A DNA stretch of 64,000 nucleotides, from contig CAVPZX010000008.1 in assembly GCA_963710375.1 (NCBI GenBank), forward strand, positions 32,001-96,000, given 5' to 3'. This DNA is from Nitrospirota bacterium (GTDB taxonomy: Bacteria > Nitrospirota > Thermodesulfovibrionia > Thermodesulfovibrionales > Dissulfurispiraceae). The notes below the pieces were generated by a model. That model saw only the letters and a program-made list of their open reading frames with translations, did no database searches and had not been told where the DNA came from. The stretch's first letter is position 1; each line of letters begins with the position of its first letter. The position numbers and the translations under genes are program-made. Shown in pieces: positions 39,754 to 50,252 of this stretch.

Positions 39754-41046
39754 TCAGCGAGAAGAGAACGTATAGTCAACCTGTGGGATCAGTGCGCCAC
39801 GTCTTGTATGCGCCCTAAATTTTGCAGATGCTTCAGAGGGCGTTATTTCGAAATATGCGGCTTCCTGAATGTAATCCTCCATGACAATATCAGAAAGACC
39901 CGACTTGAGGCCAAGGCCGAGCATATACATCCCCGGCATAAGCAGCAGGTTTCTAAATTCCGCTATAATTTTGTATTCACCTGGCTGGACATTGTCCGGC
40001 GATATACTATCTGAGGACAGGGAAGATGCAATCTCGATGAAGTTATTGTTATATAACGCTATGCCAAGCTCGATCGTGGGCAGCGGCTTCGTGACCGTCA
40101 CCGATATTTCAAACGTGGGATGTTCTCCAAAAGCGATATGCCATGGGGTATCGGAATCAGTTATCATTTTTATTCCCTTTAGCATTGCACCCTTGCTGAG
40201 CATGGGTGATGTTCTTTTCTTGACCGAAAGGTCGATTACACGGCCAGAAGACCCGGCCCAATCTGCTACATAATTATTGACACATTTTTCTATCTCGCCT
40301 ATAAACCGCGTAGAACCATCCCGTAAATGAATACCTCTATTACAGAAACTCAAAACAGCGCCCATATTGTGACTCACAAGTATTACGGTTCTCCCTTCTT
40401 TGCCCACATTTTCCATCTTCCCCAGACACTTTTTCTGAAACTGCACATCACCCACCGCGAGCACTTCGTCTACAATTAATATCTCCGGCTCAAGATGGGC
40501 CGCCACGGCAAAAGCCAATCTCACATACATGCCCGACGAAAAGTGCTTCACCGGAGTATCGAGAAATTTCTCGATCTCGGCAAAATCAACTATATCGTCA
40601 AACTTCTTTTTTATCTCGGCCTTTGTCATTCCCAGGATCGCGCCGTTAAGAAAGATATTCTCACGTCCCGTCAGTTCAGGATGGAAGCCGGTGCCTACTT
40701 CAAGGAGGCTTGCCACCCGTCCTTTGATACCGATCTTTCCGGTGGTCGGTTCTGTAATCCTGCTGAGAATCTTCAGAAGAGTTGATTTTCCCGCGCCGTT
40801 TCGACCAATGATACCCACGCGGTCCCCGCGCTCAATCTCGAAATTAATATCCTTAAGAGCATAAAAGTCTTCCCGGGAAGCAGCAAGAGGTGAAGTGGGA
40901 TCGGTAAAAGGTGAAAGCATTCTTCGACCGAAATTTCCGACGCCCCTTGCAAGCACATCCCGCAGGGCGGTGTAACGCTCCGTCTGCTCGTGCCGCAGCC
41001 GGTATCTCTTGCTGAGCTTTTCGACTTTGATGACGGTGTCACTCAT
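39754..41046 (-). CDS. wzt: Polysaccharide ABC transporter ATP-binding protein with C-terminal extension
   Basis: GRNGAGKST, FSSGMYVRLAF, VDEVLAVGD; ~170 aa Wzt_C-like tail. Confidence 0.94.
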   Translation of the reverse strand: MSDTVIKVEKLSKRYRLRHEQTERYTALRDVLARGVGNFGRRMLSPFTDPTSPLAASREDFYALKDINFEIERGDRVGIIGRNGAGKSTLLKILSRITEPTTGKIGIKGRVASLLEVGTGFHPELTGRENIFLNGAILGMTKAEIKKKFDDIVDFAEIEKFLDTPVKHFSSGMYVRLAFAVAAHLEPEILIVDEVLAVGDVQFQKKCLGKMENVGKEGRTVILVSHNMGAVLSFCNRGIHLRDGSTRFIGEIEKCVNNYVADWAGSSGRVIDLSVKKRTSPMLSKGAMLKGIKMITDSDTPWHIAFGEHPTFEISVTVTKPLPTIELGIALYNNNFIEIASSLSSDSISPDNVQPGEYKIIAEFRNLLLMPGMYMLGLGLKSGLSDIVMEDYIQEAAYFEITPSEASAKFRAHTRRGALIPQVDYTFSSR

Positions 41047-41055
41047 AAAGTCACA

Positions 41056-41083
41056 TGAATAGTGAATTGTGAATAGTGAATTG
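41056..41083 (+). repeat. 4 x 7 bp tandem array TGAAT(A/T)G
   Basis: TGAATAG TGAATTG TGAATAG TGAATTG. Confidence 0.9.
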
Positions 41084-41096
41084 ATTTCCCACGAGA

Positions 41097-41483
41097 CTAT
41101 TTTTCACTGTTTATTTTACCTTTCATATAGTTCATCAATCCTGCCAACTTGCCGGCAACTGAATCGATCTTGTGATCCAGTTCGATCTTGTCCTCTTTGC
41201 TAAGGTACTCCAGATTAAATGCAATCTCCATCTGCGTATCCAACTCACTGAGAGACCCTCCAGCGACGTTAAGAAATTGAGCAAATGCCTTCCGGGAGTT
41301 GCGGGCAGCGCCTTCGGCAATATTACTAGGTACAGAAACAACGGATCGGCGCATTTGCGAGGCCAAGCCATAAGTTTCCGACTTGGGAAACCTTTCTGTA
41401 AGCCGATAGATATGCGTTGCAAGTGCAACACTTTCGCACCACACATCGAGTTTCTTATGTGCCCTGTATTGACTATTCACCAT
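41097..41483 (-). CDS. Four helix bundle protein (23S rRNA intervening-sequence / S23 family)
   Basis: HKKLDVW, FPKSETYGLASQMRRSVVSVPSNIAEGAAR, GSLSELDTQ. Confidence 0.93.
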   Translation of the reverse strand: MVNSQYRAHKKLDVWCESVALATHIYRLTERFPKSETYGLASQMRRSVVSVPSNIAEGAARNSRKAFAQFLNVAGGSLSELDTQMEIAFNLEYLSKEDKIELDHKIDSVAGKLAGLMNYMKGKINSEK

Positions 41484-41500
41484 TCACTTTTCACAATTCA
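41473..41500 (-). repeat. 4 x 7 bp tandem array, inverted relative to 41056-41083
   Basis: Minus strand TGAATTG TGAAAAG TGAATGG TGAATAG. Confidence 0.88.
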
Positions 41501-41504
41501 CGCC

Positions 41505-42329
41505 CTAAATCATATCCGCAAAAGTCTTCTCGGTTTTTCTGAAATACCAAATGCCTGAGACAAGCAATATACCGACGATTGTCATCGAAACTATAAAGCC
41601 CGGTAGGTAGATTTTGCTTTCGCCTCTCAGGATCGCCCAGCGAAAGCCGTCTATCACACCCACTATGGGATTAAGCGAATAGAGAAAACGCCATTTACCA
41701 GGTACAATGCTGCTCGAAAAACCCACGGGAGAAATATAAAGGCCGAATTGGAGTATGAAAGGGACGATGTAACGGAAATCTCGATACTTGACATTAAGGG
41801 CCGTAAGCCAGAGTCCTGCACCCATGGAAGCAGCAAATGCAATTCCAATGAATAACGGCAAGGCCAGGATCCGCCAACCAGGCGCAATATGGTACCAAAC
41901 CATAAGACTAACTAGGATTGCGCCGGAGATAAGGAAATCCACAAAACTCGTAATCACCGCGCTAGCAGGTATAATCAACCGTGGAAAATACACTTTCGAG
42001 ATCAGGTTCGCATTTCCGACAAGGCTGTTGCTCGCCTCGGAAAGGGCGTTGGAGAAGAACTGCCAGGGAAGCATAGCGGCAAAAACGAGGATGGGATATG
42101 GGACTCCCTCGGACGGCAGCTTTGCCAGCTTGCCGAAGACCACAGTAAAAACAATCATCGTGAGAAGCGGCCTCAACAATGCCCAGGCAATGCCGATAAC
42201 AGTCTGTTTATAACGGACAAGGATATCGCGCCACGTGAGAAAATAAAAAAGCTCCCTGTATTTCCAAAGGTCTTTCCAGTATCTCCCTTCGATTTTTCCG
42301 GCTTCAATGACTAGATCGAAATTATCCAT
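41505..42329 (-). CDS. wzm: Polysaccharide ABC transporter permease
   Basis: RDILVRYKQTVIGIAW, LISKVYFPR, YRDFRY. Confidence 0.94.
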   Translation of the reverse strand: MDNFDLVIEAGKIEGRYWKDLWKYRELFYFLTWRDILVRYKQTVIGIAWALLRPLLTMIVFTVVFGKLAKLPSEGVPYPILVFAAMLPWQFFSNALSEASNSLVGNANLISKVYFPRLIIPASAVITSFVDFLISGAILVSLMVWYHIAPGWRILALPLFIGIAFAASMGAGLWLTALNVKYRDFRYIVPFILQFGLYISPVGFSSSIVPGKWRFLYSLNPIVGVIDGFRWAILRGESKIYLPGFIVSMTIVGILLVSGIWYFRKTEKTFADMI

Positions 42330-42399
42330 CGTAGCACTACGCGATCAAGCAAACAACGCGCCCATCATTGATTCGTCCGGGCGTAATGGAAAATTTTTG

Positions 42400-42411
42400 C
42401 AAGCTACCGCC
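42400..42411 (-). promoter_or_regulatory. ops-like antitermination element
   Basis: GGCGGTAGCTTG matches GGCGGTAGnnTG on the sense strand, 70 bp upstream of wzm. Confidence 0.55.
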
Positions 42412-42492
42412 ATTCAGCTATAAAATATTATAGTTGTCGAGATCAAAAAGCCATTTCAGATCAGACCACAAGACAACCAAAATTACTTTATT

Positions 42493-42521
42493 AGTGTATA
42501 TCAAAACAAGCCGCTATTCAA
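42493..42521 (-). promoter_or_regulatory. Putative sigma70 promoter of the glycan operon
   Basis: TTGAAT, 17 bp spacer, TACACT. Confidence 0.5.
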
Positions 42522-42562
42522 AGGGAGACATCCCGGCAATCCTTCACTGAGCGGACGATTTC

Positions 42563-43402
42563 TCACATTGCCAGTTTTATTGCGTCTGCAACCCTGGCAA
42601 CCTTTGACATCTCTTTTACATCGTGGACCCGGACAATATGCGCGCCGTTGAAAATAGAGATAGCTACCGCAGCAGCGGTGCCCTCCATCCGCGCGGATGG
42701 GGGTGCGCCGCCCAGCACTTTTCCGATAAACGACTTTCGTGATACGCCGATGGCGACGGGCCTGCCGAGCAGTGTGAACTCTTTCAGGTTCTTTATTATT
42801 TCAAGGTTATGATCGAAGGTTTTCCCGAATCCTATACCAGGATCTATAATGACCCGGTCTTCGGGAATGCCGGAATCGACTGCTAGCCTGATGCTGCAAC
42901 GAAGATAGTCCATAATCTCCGGGATGAGCGCCTCGTATACCGGATGGGTCTGCATATCTTTCGGAGTCCCCTTTATATGCATTACGATGACCGGAACGCC
43001 GTATTCAGCCACGACCTGCGGCATCGCCGGGTCAAACCTAAGGCCGCTTATATCGTTCACTATGGATGCGCCTGCATCGAGAGCGCGGCGGGCGACTTCA
43101 GCTTTGCAGGTGTCAATGGAAACAGGAATATTTACTGACCTTGCAACAGCCTGGATAACAGGGATAGTCCTTCGCAGCTCTTCTTCCAGAGGCAGCGATG
43201 CGGAACCGGGCCTTGTGGACTCTCCGCCGATATCGAGTATATCAGCGCCGTTCTCAGTCAGATAATAGGCATGCCGGACTGCGCTTTCCTTATCAAAAAA
43301 AAAGCCGCCATCGGAAAAAGAATCGGGGGTAACATTAAGCACGCCCATAATATGGGTTTTACCGGTGAAATCCAGGTTGAAGCCGTTCCAGGAAAGGATC
43401 AC
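42563..43402 (-). CDS. folP: Dihydropteroate synthase
   Basis: [41 protein letters not shown]. Confidence 0.97.
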   Translation of the reverse strand: MILSWNGFNLDFTGKTHIMGVLNVTPDSFSDGGFFFDKESAVRHAYYLTENGADILDIGGESTRPGSASLPLEEELRRTIPVIQAVARSVNIPVSIDTCKAEVARRALDAGASIVNDISGLRFDPAMPQVVAEYGVPVIVMHIKGTPKDMQTHPVYEALIPEIMDYLRCSIRLAVDSGIPEDRVIIDPGIGFGKTFDHNLEIIKNLKEFTLLGRPVAIGVSRKSFIGKVLGGAPPSARMEGTAAAVAISIFNGAHIVRVHDVKEMSKVARVADAIKLAM

Positions 43403-45261
43403 GAGTTACCGGCAGCAATCTCCAGCGGAGGACTTATAGCACTCTTCACATCGGCTCTTCCTGACCTGACCTCTTCGATAATGGCATCGATGTCCTGAGC
43501 GTCAACAGTTTCACGCTCAAGGAGCGCCTGAGCAAGAGCCTCAACCAGGTTAAGATTTTCTTCCAAAATTTTCTTTGCATTCACATAGGCATTTGTAACA
43601 ATGCCGCGTATTTCTTCGTCTATATCCTCTGACGTTTTTTCACTGTAATCCTTGTGCCTGGCTATCTCGCGCCCGAGAAATATCTGCTCTTCCTTTTTGC
43701 CGAAAGTCAGGGGTCCAAGCTTCTTGCTCATGCCCCACTCGGTTACCATCTTTCTTGCCAGTTCGGTGGCACGCTCAATGTCGTTGCCCGCCCCTGTGGT
43801 CATATGATGCAATATGAGTTCCTCGGCAGCCCTGCCGCCCATCAGCACATTCAGGGCTTTCTCGAGATACTCTTTTGAATAAGTGTAGCGGTCATCGATA
43901 GGAAGCTGCTGGGTCACTCCGAGCGCTCTTCCTCTTGGAATGATGCTCACCTTGTGTATGGGGTCAGTGCCGGGCGTTAATTTGGCAACCATTGCATGTC
44001 CCGCCTCATGATAGGCTGTATTCTTTTTTTCTTCGTCGCTTATCACCATGCTCCGCCTTTCAACACCCATCAATACTTTATCTTTTGCAAACTCAAAATC
44101 AAGCATATCGACTTTCTCTTTGACTTTTCGTGCGGCAATAAGCGCTGCCTCGTTGACAAGATTGGCGAGGTCGGCACCGGAAAAACCGGGCGTGCCCCTT
44201 GCTATCTTATCAAGATTGACGTCCTCGGCAATAGGGATATTCTTTGTATGGACTTTGAGTATTTCATTCCGCCCTTTCACATCCGGGGTCGGCACCACTA
44301 TTTGCCTGTCGAATCTCCCGGGTCTCAACAGCGCGGGATCCAGGACATCAGGCCTGTTTGTCGCCGCAATAATGATAACCCCCTCGTTCCCTTCAAAACC
44401 GTCCATTTCAACGAGCAGTTGGTTCAGGGTCTGCTCCCTTTCGTCATGACCGCCCCCGAGACCAGCTCCCCTGTGTCTGCCGACGGCATCGATTTCATCA
44501 ATGAATATAATACATGGTGCATTCTTCTTCGCCTGCTCGAAAAGGTCACGTACGCGGGAGGCGCCCACGCCGACAAACATCTCAACAAAATCCGAGCCCG
44601 AAATGGAAAAGAACGGCACCGCAGCCTCGCCTGCGATTGCCTTGGCGAGAAGCGTCTTTCCGGTGCCTGGAGAGCCGACCAATAGAACGCCCTTGGGGAT
44701 CTTTCCGCCGAGTTTGGAGAATTTCTGGGGGTCTTTGAGAAACTCGATTATTTCCTCAACCTCGGCTTTGGCTTCTTCCACACCCGCCACATCGGCAAAC
44801 GTAACTTTCACCGCCTTGTCGGAAACCAGCTTTGCCTTGGCTTTTCCGAAAGACATGGCCTTATTGCCGCCCATTTGCATCTGCCTCATAAAAACTATCC
44901 AGACAAGGACCAGAAAAAGGATCGGTCCCCAGGAGAAGAAGAAGTTGACATACCACGGACTCTGATCAGGCGGCTTTGCCGCTATCTTCACATCTTTTAG
45001 CCTTAATTCTTTCACCAGATCAGGATACTCCACAGCATAAGTTTTGAACTTGCTGCCGTCCTTCAGGCGTCCTGTTATATGGTTCTCCTTGATGGTAACT
45101 TCGTCAACGTCCCCGGCCTCAACCTTGCTGATGAAATCGGAAAATATCATTTCTTTTTCGGTCTTGGGCGGAACATTGAACAGGTTGAAAAGAAGAATCA
45201 TAGCCATCCCGATGAGCAGCCAAACAAACAAACTTTTATACATGTCTTTCCCCTGCATCAT
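43399..45261 (-). CDS. ftsH: ATP-dependent zinc metalloprotease FtsH
   Basis: [21 protein letters not shown]. Confidence 0.98.
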   Translation of the reverse strand: MMQGKDMYKSLFVWLLIGMAMILLFNLFNVPPKTEKEMIFSDFISKVEAGDVDEVTIKENHITGRLKDGSKFKTYAVEYPDLVKELRLKDVKIAAKPPDQSPWYVNFFFSWGPILFLVLVWIVFMRQMQMGGNKAMSFGKAKAKLVSDKAVKVTFADVAGVEEAKAEVEEIIEFLKDPQKFSKLGGKIPKGVLLVGSPGTGKTLLAKAIAGEAAVPFFSISGSDFVEMFVGVGASRVRDLFEQAKKNAPCIIFIDEIDAVGRHRGAGLGGGHDEREQTLNQLLVEMDGFEGNEGVIIIAATNRPDVLDPALLRPGRFDRQIVVPTPDVKGRNEILKVHTKNIPIAEDVNLDKIARGTPGFSGADLANLVNEAALIAARKVKEKVDMLDFEFAKDKVLMGVERRSMVISDEEKKNTAYHEAGHAMVAKLTPGTDPIHKVSIIPRGRALGVTQQLPIDDRYTYSKEYLEKALNVLMGGRAAEELILHHMTTGAGNDIERATELARKMVTEWGMSKKLGPLTFGKKEEQIFLGREIARHKDYSEKTSEDIDEEIRGIVTNAYVNAKKILEENLNLVEALAQALLERETVDAQDIDAIIEEVRSGRADVKSAISPPLEIAAGNS

Positions 45262-45290
45262 TTTATTCTACCATATTTTTTGCTGGTGGG

Positions 45291-46019
45291 TCAGTTTGTT
45301 GACCCGCTGCCTACTGTTTCTTTCTGTATCTTTATCAACTCAGCAATGCCTTCCTCTGCCAGTGATAGCATAGCATCCAGCATTTCCCTCGAAAAAGCTG
45401 CTGCTTCAGCGGTCCCCTGTATTTCGACTATCTTGCCGCTTCCTGTCATGACGACATTCATATCCACCTCGGCCAGAACATCCTCAGCGTAACAGAGATC
45501 GAGTCGCGGCTCGTTATCGACGATGCCGACGCTGACCGCGGCGAGATAATCCTTGATAGGGTTTTTTGATATGATTTTATTTTTTAGTGCGTATCCAATC
45601 GCATCCTTGAAGGCTACATAGGCTCCGGTTATCGAAGCTGTCCTTGTTCCTCCGTCAGCCTGTATGACATCACAGTCAATCCATACCGTCCTCTCGCCGA
45701 GAAGTTCCAGCGCAACCACCGCCCTCAACGACCTTCCTATCAAACGCTGTATTTCCTGTGTCCTGCCTCCGACACGTCCGGCAGAGGACTCTCTGGTCAT
45801 ACGCGAATGTGTAGACCGGGGTAACATGCCGTATTCGGCAGTTACCCACCCTTTTTTCTGGTCGCGGAGAAATGCAGGGACCTTTTCTTCAATCGACGCA
45901 GTGCAAATAACTTTAGTGTTGCCGACTTCTATAAGCACCGATCCCTCGGCAGCGGAAATATAATTCCTCGTGATCTTTACTTTTCTCAACTCACCTTTTG
46001 TCCTTCCGTCAGGCCGCAT
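45291..46019 (-). CDS. rph: Ribonuclease PH
   Basis: [32 protein letters not shown]. Confidence 0.97.
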   Translation of the reverse strand: MRPDGRTKGELRKVKITRNYISAAEGSVLIEVGNTKVICTASIEEKVPAFLRDQKKGWVTAEYGMLPRSTHSRMTRESSAGRVGGRTQEIQRLIGRSLRAVVALELLGERTVWIDCDVIQADGGTRTASITGAYVAFKDAIGYALKNKIISKNPIKDYLAAVSVGIVDNEPRLDLCYAEDVLAEVDMNVVMTGSGKIVEIQGTAEAAAFSREMLDAMLSLAEEGIAELIKIQKETVGSGSTN

Positions 46020-46037
46020 TACGCCTCCATCGAGCTG

Positions 46038-46838
46038 CTAAATTTGTATTTTTTCGATAGCATCAATCTTTGTTTCCAGGAAACGTTCCCCAACCGATAT
46101 GAATTTCTCGGGAGCATCGGTAACAAAAAACCTCTTAGCTCCAGCCGTCTCGTTCAGGGCCGGCATCCCCTCGTTAACCAGCAACTGCTCCACTGCAACA
46201 GCTGTTTCGACCGCGGAATCGACAAGGCGAACTGCGCCCATTACCTCTTGAATCACATTTTTCAGAAGTGGGTAATGCGTGCATCCGAGCACAAGGGTAT
46301 CCGCGCCCTTATCTCTCATATCGTTCAAGTACCGATCCGCGACCATACGTGCGATAACGCCATCAGTCCACCCTTCTTCTACCAGGGGCACAAATAGAGG
46401 ACACGCGAGGCCATAAACTTCAATATCATGTGACATCCCGTTTATGGCTTTTGAATAGGCGCTGCTTTTGATCGTTGTCTCAGTTCCTATTATACCAATC
46501 TTTTTATTTTTTGTAGCACTGACCGCAGCCCTGGCGCCAGGTTCTATAACTCCGATTACGGGAATAGGGACCCTCTTGCAAATTTCCTGCAGACTTATCG
46601 CGGAAACAGTGTTGCAGGCGACGACGAGGAGTTTTATATTCTGTTTAAGCAAGAAACCGGTGCATTCAAAAGAATAACGAGTCACCGTTTCAGGGGACCT
46701 TATGCCGTAAGGGACACGCGCAGTATCTCCAAGATAGATAATATTTTCGCGCGGCAGCCTTAAGCTCACCTCTTTAAAAACAGTGAGCCCGCCGATTCCG
46801 GAATCGAAGATGCCTATGGGTCGCTCATTATTATTCAT
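46038..46838 (-). CDS. murI: Glutamate racemase
   Basis: FDSGIGGLTV, ACNT, LGCTHYP. Confidence 0.97.
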   Translation of the reverse strand: MNNNERPIGIFDSGIGGLTVFKEVSLRLPRENIIYLGDTARVPYGIRSPETVTRYSFECTGFLLKQNIKLLVVACNTVSAISLQEICKRVPIPVIGVIEPGARAAVSATKNKKIGIIGTETTIKSSAYSKAINGMSHDIEVYGLACPLFVPLVEEGWTDGVIARMVADRYLNDMRDKGADTLVLGCTHYPLLKNVIQEVMGAVRLVDSAVETAVAVEQLLVNEGMPALNETAGAKRFFVTDAPEKFISVGERFLETKIDAIEKIQI

Positions 46839-46845
46839 TAATTTA

Positions 46846-46940
46846 AAAGACAGGTCAAGGTAAAGGTAGAGGTAGAGATCAAAGATAAAAAGTGATCTTT
46901 TGTCTTTTCTTAACCTTAACCTCTACCTTTACTTGCCTTT
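46846..46940. repeat. Hexamer-repeat hairpin element, copy 1
   Basis: AAAGAC-AGGTCA-AGGTAA-AGGTAG-AGGTAG ... TAACCT-TAACCT-CTACCT-TTACTT-GCCTTT. Confidence 0.8.
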
Positions 46941-46947
46941 ACAGTGG

Positions 46948-47550
46948 TCAGCTCGTTTGAGGACTTTTGGCTGCAGGTTGCTGGAGATCTTCTCGAACAG
47001 TGTCCCCCAAAGGATATAATGCATTAAAGTGACCTCCTACGCTTTCGACCTCTTTGCCGTCTATCAGCAAGCGCACATCCTCAGTACCCGGTATATTTAC
47101 CGTAATGGTTTCATAAAGTGACTTCAAAAGTTCAAACTCCCGTCTTATATCGCCTGAGAAGTTTTTCCTGAACTCATCAGACACATCAACATATATAATA
47201 CTCCTCTTATCACGGTAAACCCCGATCAGTTTCGTGTCACTTAATCCTTCTTGTAACGCTTTCAGGTACTCCGCTAACACCGCCTCAGCCATTTTAACAG
47301 GGATAGGGTTATTCTGGATTCTCCTCTCCACAACCGTTATCCCCTGATCAGATGGCAGGAATACTTTGACAGGCACGGTGTCATCGTTTGTCACTGCCGG
47401 CACATCAGTGTTGACAGTCGCTTCTCCACCCTTTAGTTCAATCAATGGCTGTGTAAACTGCTGGGCTGCTGATTGAAAGTGCTGCGTTGCAAACCACCCC
47501 GCTACTGCAGCCACAAGGAGAAAAAACAATGCGATAGCAATATATTTCAT
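46948..47550 (-). CDS. GerMN domain-containing protein
   Basis: N-terminal TM; IYVDVS, VRLLIDGKEVESVGGH; next to murI and an amidase. Confidence 0.8.
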   Translation of the reverse strand: MKYIAIALFFLLVAAVAGWFATQHFQSAAQQFTQPLIELKGGEATVNTDVPAVTNDDTVPVKVFLPSDQGITVVERRIQNNPIPVKMAEAVLAEYLKALQEGLSDTKLIGVYRDKRSIIYVDVSDEFRKNFSGDIRREFELLKSLYETITVNIPGTEDVRLLIDGKEVESVGGHFNALYPLGDTVREDLQQPAAKSPQTS

Positions 47551-47565
47551 AGATGTGTTGCTTTC

Positions 47566-48723
47566 CTAGGCCTGCAACCCGCCTGCTGAGGAGTTCGCAA
47601 TGCCCAGTAAAATTACGGTAATCATGCGTCCTCTCGACTTTACATCATAACTGAACTTATCAGGATTGGGCAGTTCGATTAATACAGCAGGCACATGCAC
47701 AGAGGATAACAATAACAGCGGCATTTTTTCAATTTTCACATTTGTCTTAAGTGAGTTCCTGGCACTCTGCGCAATTGCCTGCGCAACTGCGTCGCTCCTG
47801 TCCCTGCCGGTTGATTTTTCAGAATCCACTTCATTACCGCCGGCAACCTTCACGAAAGGCTTGCTAGCAGTGTAAACAACGAGTTCGTTTTGCGACGAGA
47901 CATGAATGCTTATCAGCAGTTCAGGCGATTTTTTGTTGACAATTCTTATCCTGTCCTTGAGCGAGAGCATTTGGTCCCCCTTCCGCGTAAGGGTAACTTT
48001 TTTCCCCTTGCCGGCCAGTGCCCCTGCAAGCTCTTTTGCAATGGAGAGTGCGAGGTCTTTCTCAACGGTCTTTCCAAAGTGTACGCCACTCTCATAACCT
48101 CCATGCCCGGCATCGATCACAAAAGATTCAACTTTGATTTCAGATGCGTCAGGAGCTGCCAGGGGGACCTCTGGCGGGCTTACTTCGACGCTGCCGGACG
48201 GTCCCTGATTAATATATGCGTCTATTACCAGGCGTGAAGGCAAAGATAGTTTGGTAACATTTATATCGTCCAGATTATCAATGGTAATAATACAACTGCT
48301 GATGCCGGCGGTAATTTTAAGGCCTTTATCGATCTCGTAAGGCGCGTTTTTCGAGACATCAGTTTCCATCTTTACGAATGTTTTCGGAGCATCTCTGCCC
48401 GGGACCCTTAAAGATATCGGAGATTGAAAATCGACTTTAATGGCATTGGCGCCGCTCAGACTGACAGATGCTTTTTGCACAAAGCTTTCGGTCGTTTCAA
48501 AAACAAGCCTGAGATAGTGAGCATGCTTGCCTACACGCAGTGTTGCAGTAGACGCCTTGACTGCCCGGTTCCCGGCTGCAGCCAGGGCTTTATCAGCTGC
48601 ATACGTTTTCATGACCCCGGCAGGCCAGGTCAGTAGAAAAAGCTGCAAGGCAACAAAGAGGAGCGTAACAGTATTGGCAAACCGCTGTCCCACAGGTGAA
48701 TTTCTCCTGTAAAAAGTTAACAT
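47566..48723 (-). CDS. N-acetylmuramoyl-L-alanine amidase (Amidase_3)
   Basis: IDAGHGG, EKDLAL, ISIH, PAVLIE. Confidence 0.88.
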   Translation of the reverse strand: MLTFYRRNSPVGQRFANTVTLLFVALQLFLLTWPAGVMKTYAADKALAAAGNRAVKASTATLRVGKHAHYLRLVFETTESFVQKASVSLSGANAIKVDFQSPISLRVPGRDAPKTFVKMETDVSKNAPYEIDKGLKITAGISSCIITIDNLDDINVTKLSLPSRLVIDAYINQGPSGSVEVSPPEVPLAAPDASEIKVESFVIDAGHGGYESGVHFGKTVEKDLALSIAKELAGALAGKGKKVTLTRKGDQMLSLKDRIRIVNKKSPELLISIHVSSQNELVVYTASKPFVKVAGGNEVDSEKSTGRDRSDAVAQAIAQSARNSLKTNVKIEKMPLLLLSSVHVPAVLIELPNPDKFSYDVKSRGRMITVILLGIANSSAGGLQA

Positions 48724-48825
48724 GATATAAAAAGCATACTAAATACGGCAGATAATAGGCAATAGGTCATAGATTTTTTCATTGTGATTGAACTAAACGG
48801 AAGCATTCCCTTATACTATTTATAT

Positions 48826-49059
48826 ATGTGGACTGCAGTCATTATAGCAACATTGGCCTTCGCACTGAACCTTCCTTTCGGCTATTTCAGAAAGAGCGCC
48901 AAAAAGTTTTCACGCAAATGGCTCTTATGCGTTCACGCGCCGGTCCCCATGATAATTATCGCCAGGATCACAACTCACACGGATTACCGTTTTATACCTC
49001 TTTTTATTCTTATATCAATTGCAGGACAGATATGCGGCGGTAAGATAAACCTGCATTGA
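48826..49059 (+). CDS. Small hypothetical membrane protein
   Basis: NLPFGYFR..KKFSRKWLLCVHAPVP, hydrophobic, GQICGG; divergent from the amidase gene. Confidence 0.7.
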   Translation: MWTAVIIATLAFALNLPFGYFRKSAKKFSRKWLLCVHAPVPMIIIARITTHTDYRFIPLFILISIAGQICGGKINLH

Positions 49060-49070
49060 AAAGAGCAGAA

Positions 49071-50036
49071 CTATTTCAAAAATCTTGAGACCTCGTGCAG
49101 AAGCATGGCCACATCAAATTTAACCATGTAACCGTCCGCCCCCACTCCCTTGGCCTTTTCCTTGTTCTCTTCACCGCTAAGCGAAGTATTGATTATTACA
49201 GGCAACATTGCCAATTTCGGGCTGTTCTTTAGATTCCTGGTAAAAGTAAGACCGTCCATCTCAGGCATTTCCACATCGGATATTACCAACTGCACAAAAT
49301 CGGTGATCGGCTGGTCACCTATTTTGGATAAAAAGTCGCCCAGTATCTCAAAGGCCTTCTTTCCGTCAACCGCCTCCAGGACATGAAGACCAACGTTTTC
49401 GAGCGTGTCTTTGAGTATTTTCCTGGCAACAGAGGAGTCATCCGCGATAAGCACGGTGCCCTTCATCTTTTTCTTCCCTATTCTCTCGATCTCTCCAAGC
49501 GCTACTTCCTGAGTATGAACAAGGCCTCCCATTTCCGAAATAACGCTCTCAAGATCGAGGATCAGCAGCAGCGAGTCTCCCTCGTCATCTATCTTCGTCA
49601 CGCCAGTCACCCTGCCGCTGTGCTTTGCCTGCAACAGCGATGGAGGCGGCTTTATCTGGTCCCAATTAATCCGGCGTATACGCTCCACCTCGTGAACGAT
49701 CATCCCCACGGTAGTGCCAAGCATTTCGAGCACAATAACCTTGAGACGTATGTCCATATTTGCCGGTGGAGTCACTTTCATCCATTTGCCAAGGTCAACA
49801 ATGGGGATAACTTCACCGCGCACTTGTGCCAGCGCCTCAGCATATACAGGCATATCCGGGACTTTTGTCAAGGTCGGCATCGGGATTATTTCTCTTACCT
49901 TTGCAACATTGACCCCGTAATCAAGAATTTCGGGAGTACCATCAGGCTGTGAATTGTACATCCTGAAGACGACAAGCTCCATCTCATTCGTTCCAACCTT
50001 TAAGACTTCCGGTAAAGCACCTGAACTCTGAGCCAT
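49071..50036 (-). CDS. cheV: Chemotaxis protein CheV (CheW + receiver)
   Basis: YGVNVAKVREII; ADDSSVAR, SDVEMPEMDG, TSLSG. Confidence 0.92.
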   Translation of the reverse strand: MAQSSGALPEVLKVGTNEMELVVFRMYNSQPDGTPEILDYGVNVAKVREIIPMPTLTKVPDMPVYAEALAQVRGEVIPIVDLGKWMKVTPPANMDIRLKVIVLEMLGTTVGMIVHEVERIRRINWDQIKPPPSLLQAKHSGRVTGVTKIDDEGDSLLLILDLESVISEMGGLVHTQEVALGEIERIGKKKMKGTVLIADDSSVARKILKDTLENVGLHVLEAVDGKKAFEILGDFLSKIGDQPITDFVQLVISDVEMPEMDGLTFTRNLKNSPKLAMLPVIINTSLSGEENKEKAKGVGADGYMVKFDVAMLLHEVSRFLK

Positions 50037-50252
50037 AAAACCTCCGTTTGACTCCAAATTCTCCTCATGGCGTCAATATGTTACGATTAGATTATATATT
50101 TTCAACCTTAGTTTTGCAAGGAATTCCTTTCATTGTATCAACTAGAATTAGGAATGTCCTTTTTTTGTGCCAAAATAGAAAATTCCGGTTTATAGCTGCC
50201 GCATTCCGCAACTTTTTCTATGCTCACATGTCTAATACTAATTTAATAATAA

